Positions 33,851 through 63,077 of a stretch of DNA of 64,000 nt are shown one piece after another. The DNA comes from the human T2T-CHM13v2.0 reference genome, Homo sapiens. Under the pieces are notes generated by a model. The model worked only from the letters and a program-made list of their open reading frames with translations. It did no database searches and was not told the origin of the DNA. The stretch lies in the NCBI RefSeq assembly GCF_009914755.1, contig NC_060925.1; one strand, given 5' to 3'. Both the position numbers and the translations under genes were made by a program. Each line of letters begins with the position of its first letter. The first letter of the stretch is position 1.

Positions 33851-36577
33851 ATGGACAGGCACTTGCTGTTGCCTGGTCTGCTCCTGTCCCTTCCTCTGAC
33901 CGCAGGCTGGACCATCTCCAATAGTTTAGTGACTGAAGGCTCCCGGCTGTCTATGGTCTCCCGCTTCTTCCTGATTTGCCTCTTGGACTCCAGCCTGCCT
34001 TTCCTCACCACATGCCTCTCAGTGATCAACTTGGTGCGGGCCTTGGAAACTGTGCTGCAGAACGTGGAGGGTCTCTGTCAATCTGGTTCCACTTCTGCTC
34101 TGCCTCAGGATGCCTTCTCCCGCTTTCCTGGGCTCAAGGTCCTGGGGCTGAATCTGCATCTCACCCAGCTCCTGCCAGGAGCTCTCTGGGGGTTGGGGCA
34201 GCTGCATTATGTCTTTCATAGCTCCCACCGTGGGAGCATTAATCTTCCTACCGCTGATGCCTTTGGTGACCTGAGATCCCTCCAGGACCTTGCTTTCTTG
34301 GGTTCCTGCCTGGATGGGAGCTTGGGTGTCCGGTTGCCTCCCAGTCTGTGATGGCTGTCGATCAGGTGTAATTTCCTTCAGAATGTGGGGGTGCTGGCTG
34401 ATATCTTCCCAGATCTGGTGCATGGCCCCTCCTCTGGGGATGCCTGGGCCTTGGACATGTTGGACCTGTCATTCAATAGTAGGCTGAAGCTGGCCAGTCC
34501 TGGAGCCTTCCAGGTCCTCAAGCTGGGGACTCTGAATCTGGACCACACAAAGATGAAGGCAGATGCACTGGTGGGACGGGGGCTGCAGAGATTGGATGCC
34601 CTGTGACACTCACTGACATGGCTGAGCTGCCTGCCAGGATGGTTGCCCATTTTGAGCTTCAGGAGCTGAATTTGGGGATTAATCGGACAAGGCACATAGC
34701 CCTGGAAGGCCTGGCTTCCTGTCACAGCCTGAAGAGCTCGGGTCTTCGGAGCAATGGCCTGATTGAGTTACCACGAGGTTTCCTGGCTGCCATGCCCAGG
34801 CTTCAGAGACTGAACCTGGCCAACAACCAACTGAGGAGCGCCATGTTGTGTATGAATGAGACAGGGTTTGTGTCAGGATTGTGGGCCCTGGATCTGTCCA
34901 AGAATAGGCTGTGTACCCTGTCCCCAGTCATCTTCTCCTGTTTGCCCCACCTGCGGGAGCTGCTACTTCAAGGGAACCAACTGGTTTGCTTGAAAGACCA
35001 GGTATTCCAGGGCCTACAGAGGCTACAGACCTTGAACTTGGGCAATAATCCACTGGTAACCCTGGGTGAGGGCTGGCTGGCTCCTCTGCCTACACTGACC
35101 ACCCAAAACCTGGTAGGTACTCACATGGTGCTGAGCCCAACCTGGGGCTTCCGGGGCCCAGAAAGTCTGCACAGCTTGAGAATACAGTTTCCCTTTGGCC
35201 CTGCGGGAGTAGCATTTTCCCTGCTCACAAGACTGACTAGCTTGGAGCTCCACGCAGTTTCAGGCATGAAGCATTGGAGGTTGTCTCCTAATGTCTTTCC
35301 AGTCTTGCAGATCCTGACTTTAAAGGGCTGGGGACTGCAGCTAGAGACCCAGAATATCTCCAAGATCTTCCCTGCCCTTCATCAACTCTCCCTGCTTGGC
35401 AGTAGGTTGGAGCCCCTCTGTTCCCAGGACACCTCCAGCTTCTTCCTCTGGCAGCTCCCGAAGCTCAAGTCCTTGAAGGATGGGGAAACAGGCATAGCCC
35501 TAGGCCCTACTGCATCACGGGACTGCCCAGTCTACAGGAGCTGAAGCTGCAGGCACTGCAGTCTCAAGCATGCCCCTGCCCAGTGCGGCTTGAGGAGCTG
35601 GTGGGTGAGTTGCCCAGGCTTGATATGCTGCAGCTGTCCCAAACAGGGTTGGAGACACTGTCTGCTGCTGCTTTTGGGGGCCTCGGCAGTCTCCAGGTCT
35701 TAGTACTAGACAGGGAGAAAGACTTCATGCTGGATGACAGCCTCCAGGAGCACAGTCCTCGGATGCCCCAGTACATCTATATTCTGACCTCATCCTTGGC
35801 CTGCCAGTGTGCCAATGCCTGCGTGGGGCCCTGGCTTTAGCAGTCCCCCAGAACATACATGCACATAGTATCACAGCAGCTGTGCCATTCAGAAGCTGGG
35901 GGCCACTCAAAGAATCTCTTTTTCCCTTTTCTCTGGAGCCACTGCCCCAAGACTTTGGGGTTGGAGCTCTTTTTTGCGCAGCTCTGCCCTGCTGCTTCTG
36001 CTGGTCTCCTTGCCCTTCCTAAAGGAAGCCAGGAATTCCTGGATCCTCTAACTCAAGGCCTTGCTCAGGGTTTGGTTCCAGAGTCTGAGGAGTCAGAAGG
36101 GTAAAGGCAAGAGGTTCCTCTATGACGTGTTTGTGTCCCACTGCAGGCAAGACCAGGGCTGGATGGTGCAGGAGCTGCTGCCTGCTCTAGAGGACTGCCC
36201 TCCAGCTGGCCGGGGGCTGCCACTCTGCCTCCATGAGTGGGATTTTGAGCCAGGCAAGGATGTGGCTGACAATGCAGCAGACAGCATGGTGGGCAGCTGG
36301 GTCACGCTCTGTGTGCTGAGTCACCAGGCCCTGCACACCCCCTGCTGATGCCTGGAGCTCCTCCTGGCCACCTCCTTTCTGCTGGCTGTCCCCCACCCCC
36401 CAAGGGCTACTGCTGGTCTTCCTGGAGCCCATCTTACGCCACTAGCTCCCTTGCTGCCACAGATTGGCCTGGTTGCTCCGCTGAAGAGACTATTGCATGT
36501 GGCCCAAGGAAGAGGAAAGAAAGAATGACTTCTGGGCTTGGTTAGGGAGCAGGCTGGAGCACCCTGGGGTAGGGTAG
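33851..36577 (+). pseudogene. TLR12P: Toll-like receptor 12 unitary pseudogene (TLR11 family, intronless)
   Basis: Signal peptide MDRHLLLPGLLLSLPLTAGW; LRRs (LQRLNLANNQL, LWALDLSKNRL, LQTLNLGNNPL); LRRCT (LACQCANA); TM (SSALLLLLVSLPFL); TIR (YDVFVSH, LCLHEWDFEPG, LLVFLEP, FW). Six stops and four frameshifts; terminal TAG 36575-36577; lies directly upstream of ZSCAN20. Confidence 0.95.
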
Positions 36578-36823
36578 AATGGGTGCGTGTGTGTTGGAAG
36601 GTGGGGGTAAGAAAAGCAAGCCAGCTTGGCAGGGAGATAGTGAGTATGTGTGGGCTATGAGACTGAACTCAGTTTTTAGTAGAAGGTGGGGCTACTGTGT
36701 GTGCAAGGGAGAATCAAATGGGAACACAGGCTTTGGGAAGGCTCTGGAGGCTGAATAAGAAAATCTGGGAGATGGCAGGTGGCCATGTGGTACGTAATGT
36801 AATCTCAAGATCTCCAAACCCTC

Positions 36824-36829
36824 AATAAA
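36824..36829 (+). terminator. candidate polyA signal of TLR12P
   Basis: First AATAAA after the terminal stop (~250 bp downstream). Confidence 0.35.
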
Positions 36830-36863
36830 TGTACTAAATCCATGAATGCTTGGCTTGATTGAA

Positions 36864-36918
36864 TTTTTTTTTTTTGAGATGCAGTTTTGCTCTTGTTGTC
36901 CGGGCTGGAGTACAATGA
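36864..36918 (-). mobile_element. Alu 3' fragment
   Basis: polyT + gagatgcagttttgctcttgttgtccgggctggagtacaatg. Confidence 0.75.
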
Positions 36919-38919
36919 GGCAGAAGGTGAAAGGGTTGGATTCACAGAAACTGTAGTCCAGAGGAAATAAGGTTGGAAATTCATGGAGAGAGAGGGCAAA
37001 GAGAGAAGCCTTTGGCCAGTCCTAAGCTGTGGAATGGGGTCCAGGTCAAGTTCAACCAGATCTTCAAGGGGCCAAGGGACCCCTTTTGCCATCTGGGTTA
37101 TAGAGGGATTGGCAGCTAAGGATCAAAAAGCTGGGATGCTGCCCAGGAGACAGCAGACTGATTGCCTGTTCCCTCAATAAAAAACATGAAGGCCTGTTCC
37201 CATCTATCTCCAGTTAAGCCTCATAGCAACACTGGGAGGAGAAGCCTACCCCCTTGTCACTCTGTACTCTGACTATGCTAGACTACCTGTGGGTCCCAGG
37301 ACATCATCACACCTTTTGTCTCTGGGCCATTGCATATGCTGTTCTTGCACTGAAAAATACCTTTTCCCTGGGGAACTCTTAAGTATTATTTAAGATGCAG
37401 TTCAGCCATCACTTTCTTCAGAAGCCTTTCCTGATCTCCCAGCCTAGATAACTGTTGCCCCTGGGCTCCCACAATTTCCTGCACCTCCCTTTCTCAAAGG
37501 ACTGATCACAGGCCTGAAAGCCACAGAAATAGTGGTCTCCAAAGCTGAGTGCACAAGATTATCACACTATGGTTGCAAAGAAACTGTTATAACTTCTATT
37601 TCTATTTTTTAAAAATCTTACCTTATTCTGAAGCTAGACTGCCTGCTTTTTTAGCCACGTGCCGTTAGCATGTTATTTAACCTCTCTATACCATAGTTTC
37701 CTTTTCTGTAATATGGGATAGTGTTAGACTCTCCCTCAAAGGGTTTTGGATGTATTAAATGAGTTAATACATATAAAGCACTGAGAGAAGGACCTAATAA
37801 TGCATTGCAAATGTTCAAGGAAAGTTAGCTATTACAGGCACATCATTTATAAGTAAATAAATACACATATGTTGGGAGTGTGTGCTCAACTCAAAAACTC
37901 AAAAAGGCTTCACTTATGGGAGCGCTCTATTGGGAAAGTTTAGAGATCAGGCCCTGGGGTCAGAGACCAGGTTTGCTTCATCTCTGCATCCTTAGAGCCT
38001 AGTGTCTGCCCAAATCAGAGAGAGTCCTGGTAGACAAATGCAGACAGAACGCTTGCAAACCAAATCCTGATGGGTGCTGAACCAGAGAGAACCTGGAACA
38101 GGTTCAGGCTCTGTTGCTTATTTCTACACGGCACTAAAGGGCAGTTGGCCTCTTGAGGACTTCGTTAGTTTTTTCTCTTCTGTAGAATGCCAGGCTTTAA
38201 TTAGACAAAGGCTAAGGGAAACCATAGAATAATTCGAGGCTGTATTGAGGGCGAGGCGCGCCCTCTTGTGTCCTAATGATGTCCTCTCCTCTCTCTGCAC
38301 ACTCGCCTCCCTTCTTCCTCTTAGGGCAGATGATGCTGAAGTGGACACGTCCTTACCTGACCCTGCAAAGCTGCCTCTCCAGCTTCAGATCCTGACACTC
38401 TCTCAAATGTTTCCGGCTCCCTTGGCACCCCACACTGTTGCACTGTCCCTCCCCATCTCAAACCCTCCTACTTCCACATATGGTCTCTTCCTCATGCAGT
38501 GTAGGACCTTTGGAGTCACATGCCTAGGGGGTGACAAATCGCAGCCCTGGTTCTTATTGGCTCTGTGATCTTGAGTAGGTCACTTCGTTTCTCTAAGTCT
38601 CATTCCCTCTTTGTAAAGTGGAGCAAACAATACCAATCTCATAGGGCTACTGTGAGACTTCAACACCAAGGAGTATTTACGGGTTGTTATTATGTTTACT
38701 GAGTAAAATCACATGAGTTATTACTACAAATAAGTTGGAACATGTTTCACAGAGAAGGAATTTAAACTGGGTCGTTAAAGCTAAGAATTCTCCTATTTTA
38801 ACACTAGCCAACATGCATTGAGCTCTTACCAGATGCTAGGTATTGTCAATTTTCCCTAAGCCGCATAACCATTGGTAATAATAATAATAGCTAATGATTA
38901 TGTATATTATTGTATTTTC

Positions 38920-39050
38920 TATTTTTTAAAATAGAGACGAGGTCTCACTTCGCTGCCCAGGCTGGTCTCAAACTCCTGGACTAAAGCGATCCTTCCGTCT
39001 CAGCCTCCCAGAGGGCTGGGATTACAGGCATGAGCCTCCGTGCCTGGACT
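38920..39050 (-). mobile_element. FLAM/Alu monomer
   Basis: Single Alu arm; TSD tagctaatgattat. Confidence 0.85.
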
Positions 39051-39939
39051 AGCTAATGATTATTAAACACTTTCTGTGTGTCAGACATGTGTCACGCTCT
39101 TTACATACCTTCTCCCATTTATTCCTCTCAACAACTGTCTCAGGAAGAGGCAAGTATTATCATTCCCATTTTACAGCTGGGAAAATGCAGGCATAAAGAA
39201 GCTAAGTAATTTGCCCAAGGTTTCACAACGCGGGTGGTATGACCTGCATCCTTCATTTGAAAGTAAGAACTTTCAGACACAAGCAGCTTGACTTCAGAGA
39301 CTTTTACCTAAATAGTCTCATTTAACCTTCATAACACCCTGTGATGTAAGTTCTCTTACATTACTTGCATTTTATAGATGAAAATTCCAAAGACAAAATA
39401 GATGGCAGTAATTTGTTCAAGGCCACACAGCTGCGAAGTAGTTGAGTTGGGATTTGGATCCATGTCTGACTACAAAGCCCCCATTCTCAACACCACATTA
39501 GATTGTTCATGCCCCAAAGTATTCACAGTGGTACAGAGCACCCGCATTTATATGAGGATTATTTTGTAATAATGATTAACATTCTTCCAACACCTAGGAA
39601 GTGCCAAGCTCTGTACTAACTGATTTACATAATAATAGCTAACAATCGCTGTGCATTATTAGGAGCCAGGCCCTGAGCTAATCGTTTTAGGTGTATTATC
39701 TCATTGAAAGTTCACAAAACTCTGTGACATGGATGCCATTACTACCCTCATTTTATGGTTGAAGAGAACGAGGTTCAGAATTCTTCCAAAGTCACACAGC
39801 TTAGCTGTAAGCTGGAAATTAAAGCTACAACTGTCCAGTTCTCTCCTGCCTATCGGGCTGGTCACCTCTAGTCATTCTCTCTTCTTATTTCTTATTGTGT
39901 CTGCTTTGATCTTTCAGGGTCTGAGGCTCTCACTTCGAC

Positions 39940-40330
39940 CCCTCAGTAGAACTGGGCCCCCTTCTGCTCGAGTGCCCTCCCATTGGGCGGTGCTGTTATC
40001 CGGAAGCCTATGGAAAAGGCCAGGATCGCAACAGGTCCCGCCCCCATGTGTCGCGCCCGTTCCGATTTGTTCCAGTGCCAGGGTCCGTTAGAAGATGACA
40101 TATCTATTGGCTGAAGACGTCTGAAAGGCAGCAAACGGAGGGGGCCGCCCCCGGCGCTCGCGCGGTTCCTTCTGGGAATTGTGGTCTCAGACGTTCCATT
40201 CCCAGGGTGGCGCCGCTCGGACTCCGCGTCCCAGCATTCCCCGCACGAGCCCGGGAGCACTTCCGCCCTGTTGTGAAGTGGGTGTCTCGGTGGGTGAGTC
40301 CGGGTGGCGGGGCGGGGGCAGCTGAGACGC
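39940..40330 (+). promoter_or_regulatory. ZSCAN20: CpG-rich ZSCAN20 promoter with non-coding exon 1 (donor after 40293)
   Basis: Highest CpG density in the window; GC boxes, ETS (ccggaag, acttccg), ATTGG, ZNF143-type motifs; donor TGG|GTGAGT at 40293/40294. TSS not determinable. Confidence 0.85.
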
Positions 40331-43214
40331 AGGCTCTGGGCTGGAGACTTAGGAGGTGGTGGTGACACAGGGGGCTGGGGAAGGTGAGAGGGGAGAAAGA
40401 AGCTTATATGTGGGGGTGGAGGGTGAGGGACGGTCAAAGGATGTAGAGGCCGGAGATGGGAAGGGTCATACAGGGGTCGGGGATGAGGAGGCGATAGAGG
40501 GCCCTGGGAATGAGGAGGGCCTTAGAAGGGTCTGAAGGTGAGGGGGTTGAGGGAGGTTTTGGAGGTGGGAGAGTCATAGAAAGGTCTGGAGACCACAGAG
40601 GAAAGGATAGAGGGTCTGGGGCCCTGGCAAGAAGTGAAGAGGGCCTGAGCTTGAAGCCCGACCTTAAAAATAGTGTTTCAATCTCTACCTTCCCATCTAG
40701 AACAAGCATATCTAATTTGTTACCTCCCTAATGATTGTTACCTCTGGAACCCAGTGGATGGGACTGGCTATTGTGTTCTGCCCCAAACCTGCACTTCTTT
40801 CCTTATGTCTTATGGAAGTCAGTGGCACGATCATCCCATTTACCTACCTACCTACCTACTTACCCACTGATTCCTCTTGCATTCTTCCACGTCCAAGGAT
40901 CTTCCGATCTTTAATTTCTTTAATATCTTTTCAGTCGGCCTCTTTCTTGTAGGGTTTTCGCAGAAGCCTTTTCAGTTTCCCAGCATGAACACACACATTG
41001 CACCTAGTGTGATCTGTTTCACCTACAAATCTGATTATGCCTTCTGCTTGAAAACTTTCATTGGCACCCAGCACCTGTAAAGTCCAAACACCTTGTCCTT
41101 CATAAACTCCTTTTGCAGCCTAATCTTCATGCACCTCACACTCCAGGGCTGTCAAGGTTTTCCTCGTTTCCTGGGTAGGCCATTTGGTTTTCCATCATTA
41201 TATATGCTGTTCTCTCAGCTTAGAATATTCTCTCCTTGCCCTTCACCTTCTTTGCCAAGAGAACTTCTTTAACTTAAAAAAATTTCAACTCTTACTTTGC
41301 TCAATTCCCTTAAGCAAATTAAGTCACCCCCAACCCTCAGCTCCCATAACTTCTCCTATTACCACATTTGATCATAATTATCTGTGAAGTGTGTGTCTCT
41401 TCCATTAGACTGTGAACATCTCCAGGACAGGAACAGTGTCTCAATCACCTCTGTTTCCCCATTGCCCAGTCTAGAGCAGTAAACACTTGATGTAAAGCAG
41501 TAAATACTTGATGTATGTATGTGTGAATGAAGACCATGCAGGGTAAGCTTTGCTATACCAGCCTTGAAGACTTCTATTGCCAGTGGATTTCCAGGGCAGG
41601 AGCTTTAGTCTTCCTCTGCCTGGCAAGGCTATCTGCTGGAAGCTGAAGCTGATTCATTGCCAATGGGAGTTTAAGCCAGGGGTGACAAATACATGGAATG
41701 TGTGCTGCCAGTGCCCCTTCCTGTGTCCCTGGCAGTCATGGCTAATTGGTTGGTTCTCAGCACATATTCACACTGTACTCAGAGCCCTCAGCACACTACT
41801 CTAGGCAGCCACTTCCAGTTGATTGAAGTTTCTGCTTTAAATGAAACCTATTTGCTCTCCCTGGCTTAAGCCCTTATGTGTGAGGTCAGGTCAGACTGCT
41901 TTAAGCCATAGCTTGGACTGTCAGCCAAATGGGCCTGACAGCCTTTAAGAGTTCCCAGTTTTTTCTCTTTGGAGGTCACAGACCAGTCTTGGCCTTTCCT
42001 GTGGAACTGGAGAGCATCTTCTCTTCCCTTTTCACTGAGTGGGCTCCTCATGACCACGTTCATACTTACTGCCCTAGGAGTCAAGATGCCCCTCAGCTTC
42101 CCTGTGTTTGTAAAGACATCTTGATTTTGATGGCAGTCAGCACTTATCCCTCATGACCTGGGAGGCTCTGTACTCTTTCTAGGTCTTTCTGGATATTGGA
42201 AGAGAGCTTTGAGATCACTTAGCTGAATCTAAGTGGCAAAGCGACAGCCCATGCTGAATGAAGTCCACCATCATGCTTTATTTAATCTCATAGTGTGTGA
42301 AAAAATTTTGAGTTGGTTACCAACATTTAAAAATCCAGAGTGCTAGTTTCTTTTGGAAAAATCAGCAGGCTTAGGAATATTCTGGGCATATGTTCCCCTG
42401 GCACTCTATAGTTGGCTGTAGTGCCCACCCAGTTCATTTCAGTCATTGACTCATTTACATTGCTAGGTCCTTATACCCATTTAAACTTGTAGCCACTGAC
42501 TCTAGTCTCCCTTCTCCCTTGCTCTACCCCATCATACTAATTGGGGAACCTAGGGCAACTGCTGAGTAAGATCAGGCTGTAAGCTGCAGCCTAGCTAGGC
42601 AGCCACAGGGGCTACATAACTTGTCCAAAGTAACACAGCTGATTAGTGGCAGGAGTGGAACTAGAACCCCAGTCTGCTCACTCCTGCCTTAATGTTCTTT
42701 CCATTCTCCCGTACTGTCATCTTAAGAGTTTGGATGACTAGCACACATAGAGGAGGCTATAAGACATGGTTAAGAAAAATGATTGGAGAAAAGGGATCTC
42801 GGCTTAGACCCTAACTCTACCACTTGCTAGTTGTGTAACCTTAAGTGAATCTTCATAAACACTCAGTTTCCCTTTAGGTAATTGAGGATATAGTGCAGTC
42901 ATACCTTATCAGATAATAATATTCTAAGGGTGAAAATCACTTTAGCCAAAAATCACAGTTAGTTTGAAAATCCTTTGGCAAGGAGCCGTTTCAGAAACTA
43001 ACACGCTGCCTTTCAATAAATAAACTAATCAGCACAGCTGGGCTTTCTTGTTTGAACATTAGATGAGAATTCGCTTGTATTAGGGACTGTGCGGTATGAA
43101 AGACACTTTACTCACACTTAGTGGAAAGAGAGGCACGAGGGAATCAAGACCAACCTGGTGAATAGCGAAGTCCTAGGTGCCACCACCACATGCTTATTCT
43201 CGAACAGATAGTGA

Positions 43215-43568
<354 letters not shown>

Positions 43569-45329
43569 CTCTTTCTCTCTTTCTGATCTTTGCAGTGGAA
43601 GTTACAGATCAGTGAAATGCAGCTCAACACCTAATGAGACTCCAGTTGCTGCCTGGAGGCTTCAGTGAGATTATGAATGTGGAACACAGCACTGTGCCTG
43701 GCACCTTGTGGGCACTCAGTAAAGGGGTACTCTTAGAAATTGCTGGTCCTAATGAGGCTCGATATTCCTGGTCATCTCGGAACTGAGGAATGCCCCGGTC
43801 CATTTTCCCTTGTTCACTTCTGTGTGAAGTCACCCGGCTGTTGGCCGACTCTGTTGGCCTCCCTCTCCCCACAATAGCCTGCTATCCATACTTCGGTCTA
43901 ACTTCCTTAGAAAGTTACGGTTATGGTTCCTTAGAAAAAAAAGGTTATGGTGATATGTGGTCCCTGGGGCTTTCCGATTTCTATTTGAAACAAACCTTTG
44001 GGACTTTCAAGTCTTTCCAGGAGAAAATACCTATTATCTGAGACTCTGAGCTTTGGGCCTGGTGTGACTGCTAATTGCCTATTTTGTTGTAGTGTCCTGT
44101 TTGTGCAGGAACGCAAATGTCTTTGCTTGCTTATTGACTGTCTGTCTCACTAGACTGTAATTTTATTGAAGGTAGGGACTGTCAGTCCCAGCTACTGGTA
44201 GATCTGTAGCTTCCAAACAGGGTATAGCTGGTACTCTATAAATGATTGATGAATTGCTCCTTGTGTGAGAGGGTGACAGAAATGTGTTTGAACTCATGCA
44301 TCAATAAGGTTGTGGTTCAAAAAGAAATTTCATGAAAGGCGAATTCTTTAGGTTCAAAAAGAAATTTCATGAAAGGCAAAATCTTTCTACATATGTGATC
44401 TCTCTGAGTGCTTATAGCAGTAATGTAGGTAGACAGAAATAGTTTAGTTTAATATAAATTATGGAATATCTGTATCCCATTAGGCTTTTGATACGCCAGG
44501 TTTATCATTTTAATACATGGTAATAAAACTTTTTAATGGCCCTGCTATTTATCAGATACTGGGTTGAGCACTGTGGATACAGAAATTAGTAACATACAAT
44601 ACTGATTCTAGTAATATAGTATAATGTGGGTGTCAGATATAGTAACAGGTAACTACAATAGTGTAGGATAATACCTATATTAGAGGTATGTACCAATTGC
44701 TTTGGTGATATAGGATCAGGGAGGCAATTCTTGGAGGGCAGGACATGAAAAGGGCATGTCAAGGAACTCCTATCAAAGGAGGTGACATTTGAGCTGGTGG
44801 TTGAAGGATGAGTAGGAAGCTGCCAGGTAGCCATGAGTTGTGCTTTAAGCCTCTTCCTAAGCATATGGAGGCCTTTAGGGCAAGACTTTAATTTTTATTA
44901 CCCTTGTCTTGTTTCTCTTCAGTCCAGTCAGATTGCCCAAAATGAAAAATACCACCATCTCTCCATTCTCAATTCAGTTGTGTCATTCCCACTTGGAAGC
45001 AGCTAATGATCTCCTTTGAGTGGGCATTTTTTATGTCACCCAGACTTGTTGGGATGACACAGAGAGCTCATTTTTTCAAATAACCCAGCATGGGTGCCAT
45101 CAGAGAGGCTGTAATCTCCTCTGGGACACACATAGATACGCACATCCTTCTCATACAATGTCTCATACAGTGTAGAAAGTGGTAAGTGTCACAGAGACAT
45201 GGAAATAAAAGAGAAAGGAATTCCTTTTGGCATGAGCGCGAAGGTCATTTATTTTTTATCTAGTGTGCACAGAAAGGGATTAATTGCAATCCTTGCTTAA
45301 TGACACACCATCATCATTAGTCAATCATT

Positions 45330-46290
45330 CGTGACTTTATTATTTATTGAGTACTTCCTATATGTGCTGAGCACTGTGCTAGGTCTCTTGGGAAGCTAAT
45401 GATCTAGTGGGTAAGAAAATTACAGTAAAGCATGATCTGGGCTATGGTAGAGAAAATGTAAGATGCTATGGGAGCTTGTGGTCGAGGACTGAATCTTGTT
45501 TCAGGGTGCAGGGAAGGCCTTACGGAAAAAGAGCAATTTAAGCTGAGACCTTGCTAGCTGAAGGAAGGGAGGAGACCATTCCCAAAGGAGACCTTCCCAA
45601 AGAGGGGAAGGTTCAGAGGGCAGCGTGGTGTAAGATCTGGAAGCTGTGCTTCTGGAGCACCATGACTAGTGGAGCATGGTAAAGAGACGAGTTGGAGACT
45701 TGGGTAAGGCTTGTGCTTTGTCCTGAGGGAAATGGTAGATCACTGGAGGGTGTTTAGCAGGGAGGTGGTGTAGTCAGGCTTTGATCTAGTTTGGTTGTTG
45801 TGCAAACAATAGAGCAGAGGTTGGGGTGAGGTGAGTGGAGGCAGGGACGTGTTAGGAGACTGATCAGGTGGAAGACATGATGATTCTCTGCACTGAAGTG
45901 GTAGCATTGGAGATGGAGATGCCAAGTGGACACAGCGTGGTGATGAATTGGATTTGGGGATCTTAGAGAATGATGATGACCAGGTTTCTGGTGTGGAGAA
46001 CTTGATGGCAGTGCCTTCACTGAAGGGGGAGCTTCAGAAGGCAGACATGATTGCAGGAGAAAATAACAAATCCAGTTTTTGACTCATTGAGTTTGAGGTG
46101 CCTAAGGGACAGTCAAGTAGAAGTGTCATGAAGGGGTTTGGATTTTGGGGTCTGGAGGTCTGGAAACAGGTCCTTGCTGGAGTTTTAGGAGTCATGTATA
46201 GGGATGATGAATAATGCCAAATAGGTGGGATGACCAGGGGATAGCATAGAGTTGTTGGATTTTGCAAGGAGAACATCCTTAGAGGAATGC
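45330..46290 (-). mobile_element. L2
   Basis: tttattgagtacttcctatatgtgc, cactggagggtgtttagcaggg, ttgagtttgaggtgcc. Confidence 0.65.
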
Positions 46291-46889
46291 CAGCCAAGCT
46301 TTAAGATTAGGGAAGAAAGGCCTTAGGAAGGGGGTGACATTTGGAACCCAACTTGAGGGAAGGTTGGACTTTGGACATGTGTAGAAGGGAGGAAGTCTAC
46401 ACTGGACCAGATCATGGAGGTGTGGGATGCCAGGCTAAGGTGTTCAGGCATGACCTAGAGGATTGAATACAGTGCTGTCTTCCTCCAAAGTGTGAGGCTC
46501 AAATGAGATATTAATTGACATTTTGTGAGCACTCACTGTGTCAGACACTGGTCTAAGCTTTTTATATATAGATCCCTCATCTAATCAACCCAGCAGTCAA
46601 GTAAGGTAGGTGCTACTGGCTTTGGTGCCAGATTGTGGCCTTACTTCCTGCCTATGGGAAAGGGGCATCTCTTAGCACCTCTGCCCCCATGCAAAGGTGG
46701 CGGAAGATATGGGGGAAGGGGGAGAATGAAGCTTCTGCATCCTTTTGCTCACACTCTATCCTTTGTCTTTCTGCCTTAGAGCCTTGGGGAGCAGTCCCTT
46801 TTCTAGGAGCCTCTTGAAGGACTCACCGTAGATGCAGGAAGACATTGGATGAGGTCAGCATAGCTGAAGTGAGGTGTCTGGGTTAGACA

Positions 46890-63077
<16,188 letters not shown>

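Noticed and set aside
34603-35544. 313-aa LRR ORF as an independent gene
   Set aside because: Internal fragment of TLR12P between two frameshifts; GTG start, no signal peptide, out-of-frame tail
39943-40731. ORFs across the promoter and G-rich start of intron 1
   Set aside because: GC-rich, stop-poor sequence; no recognisable domain
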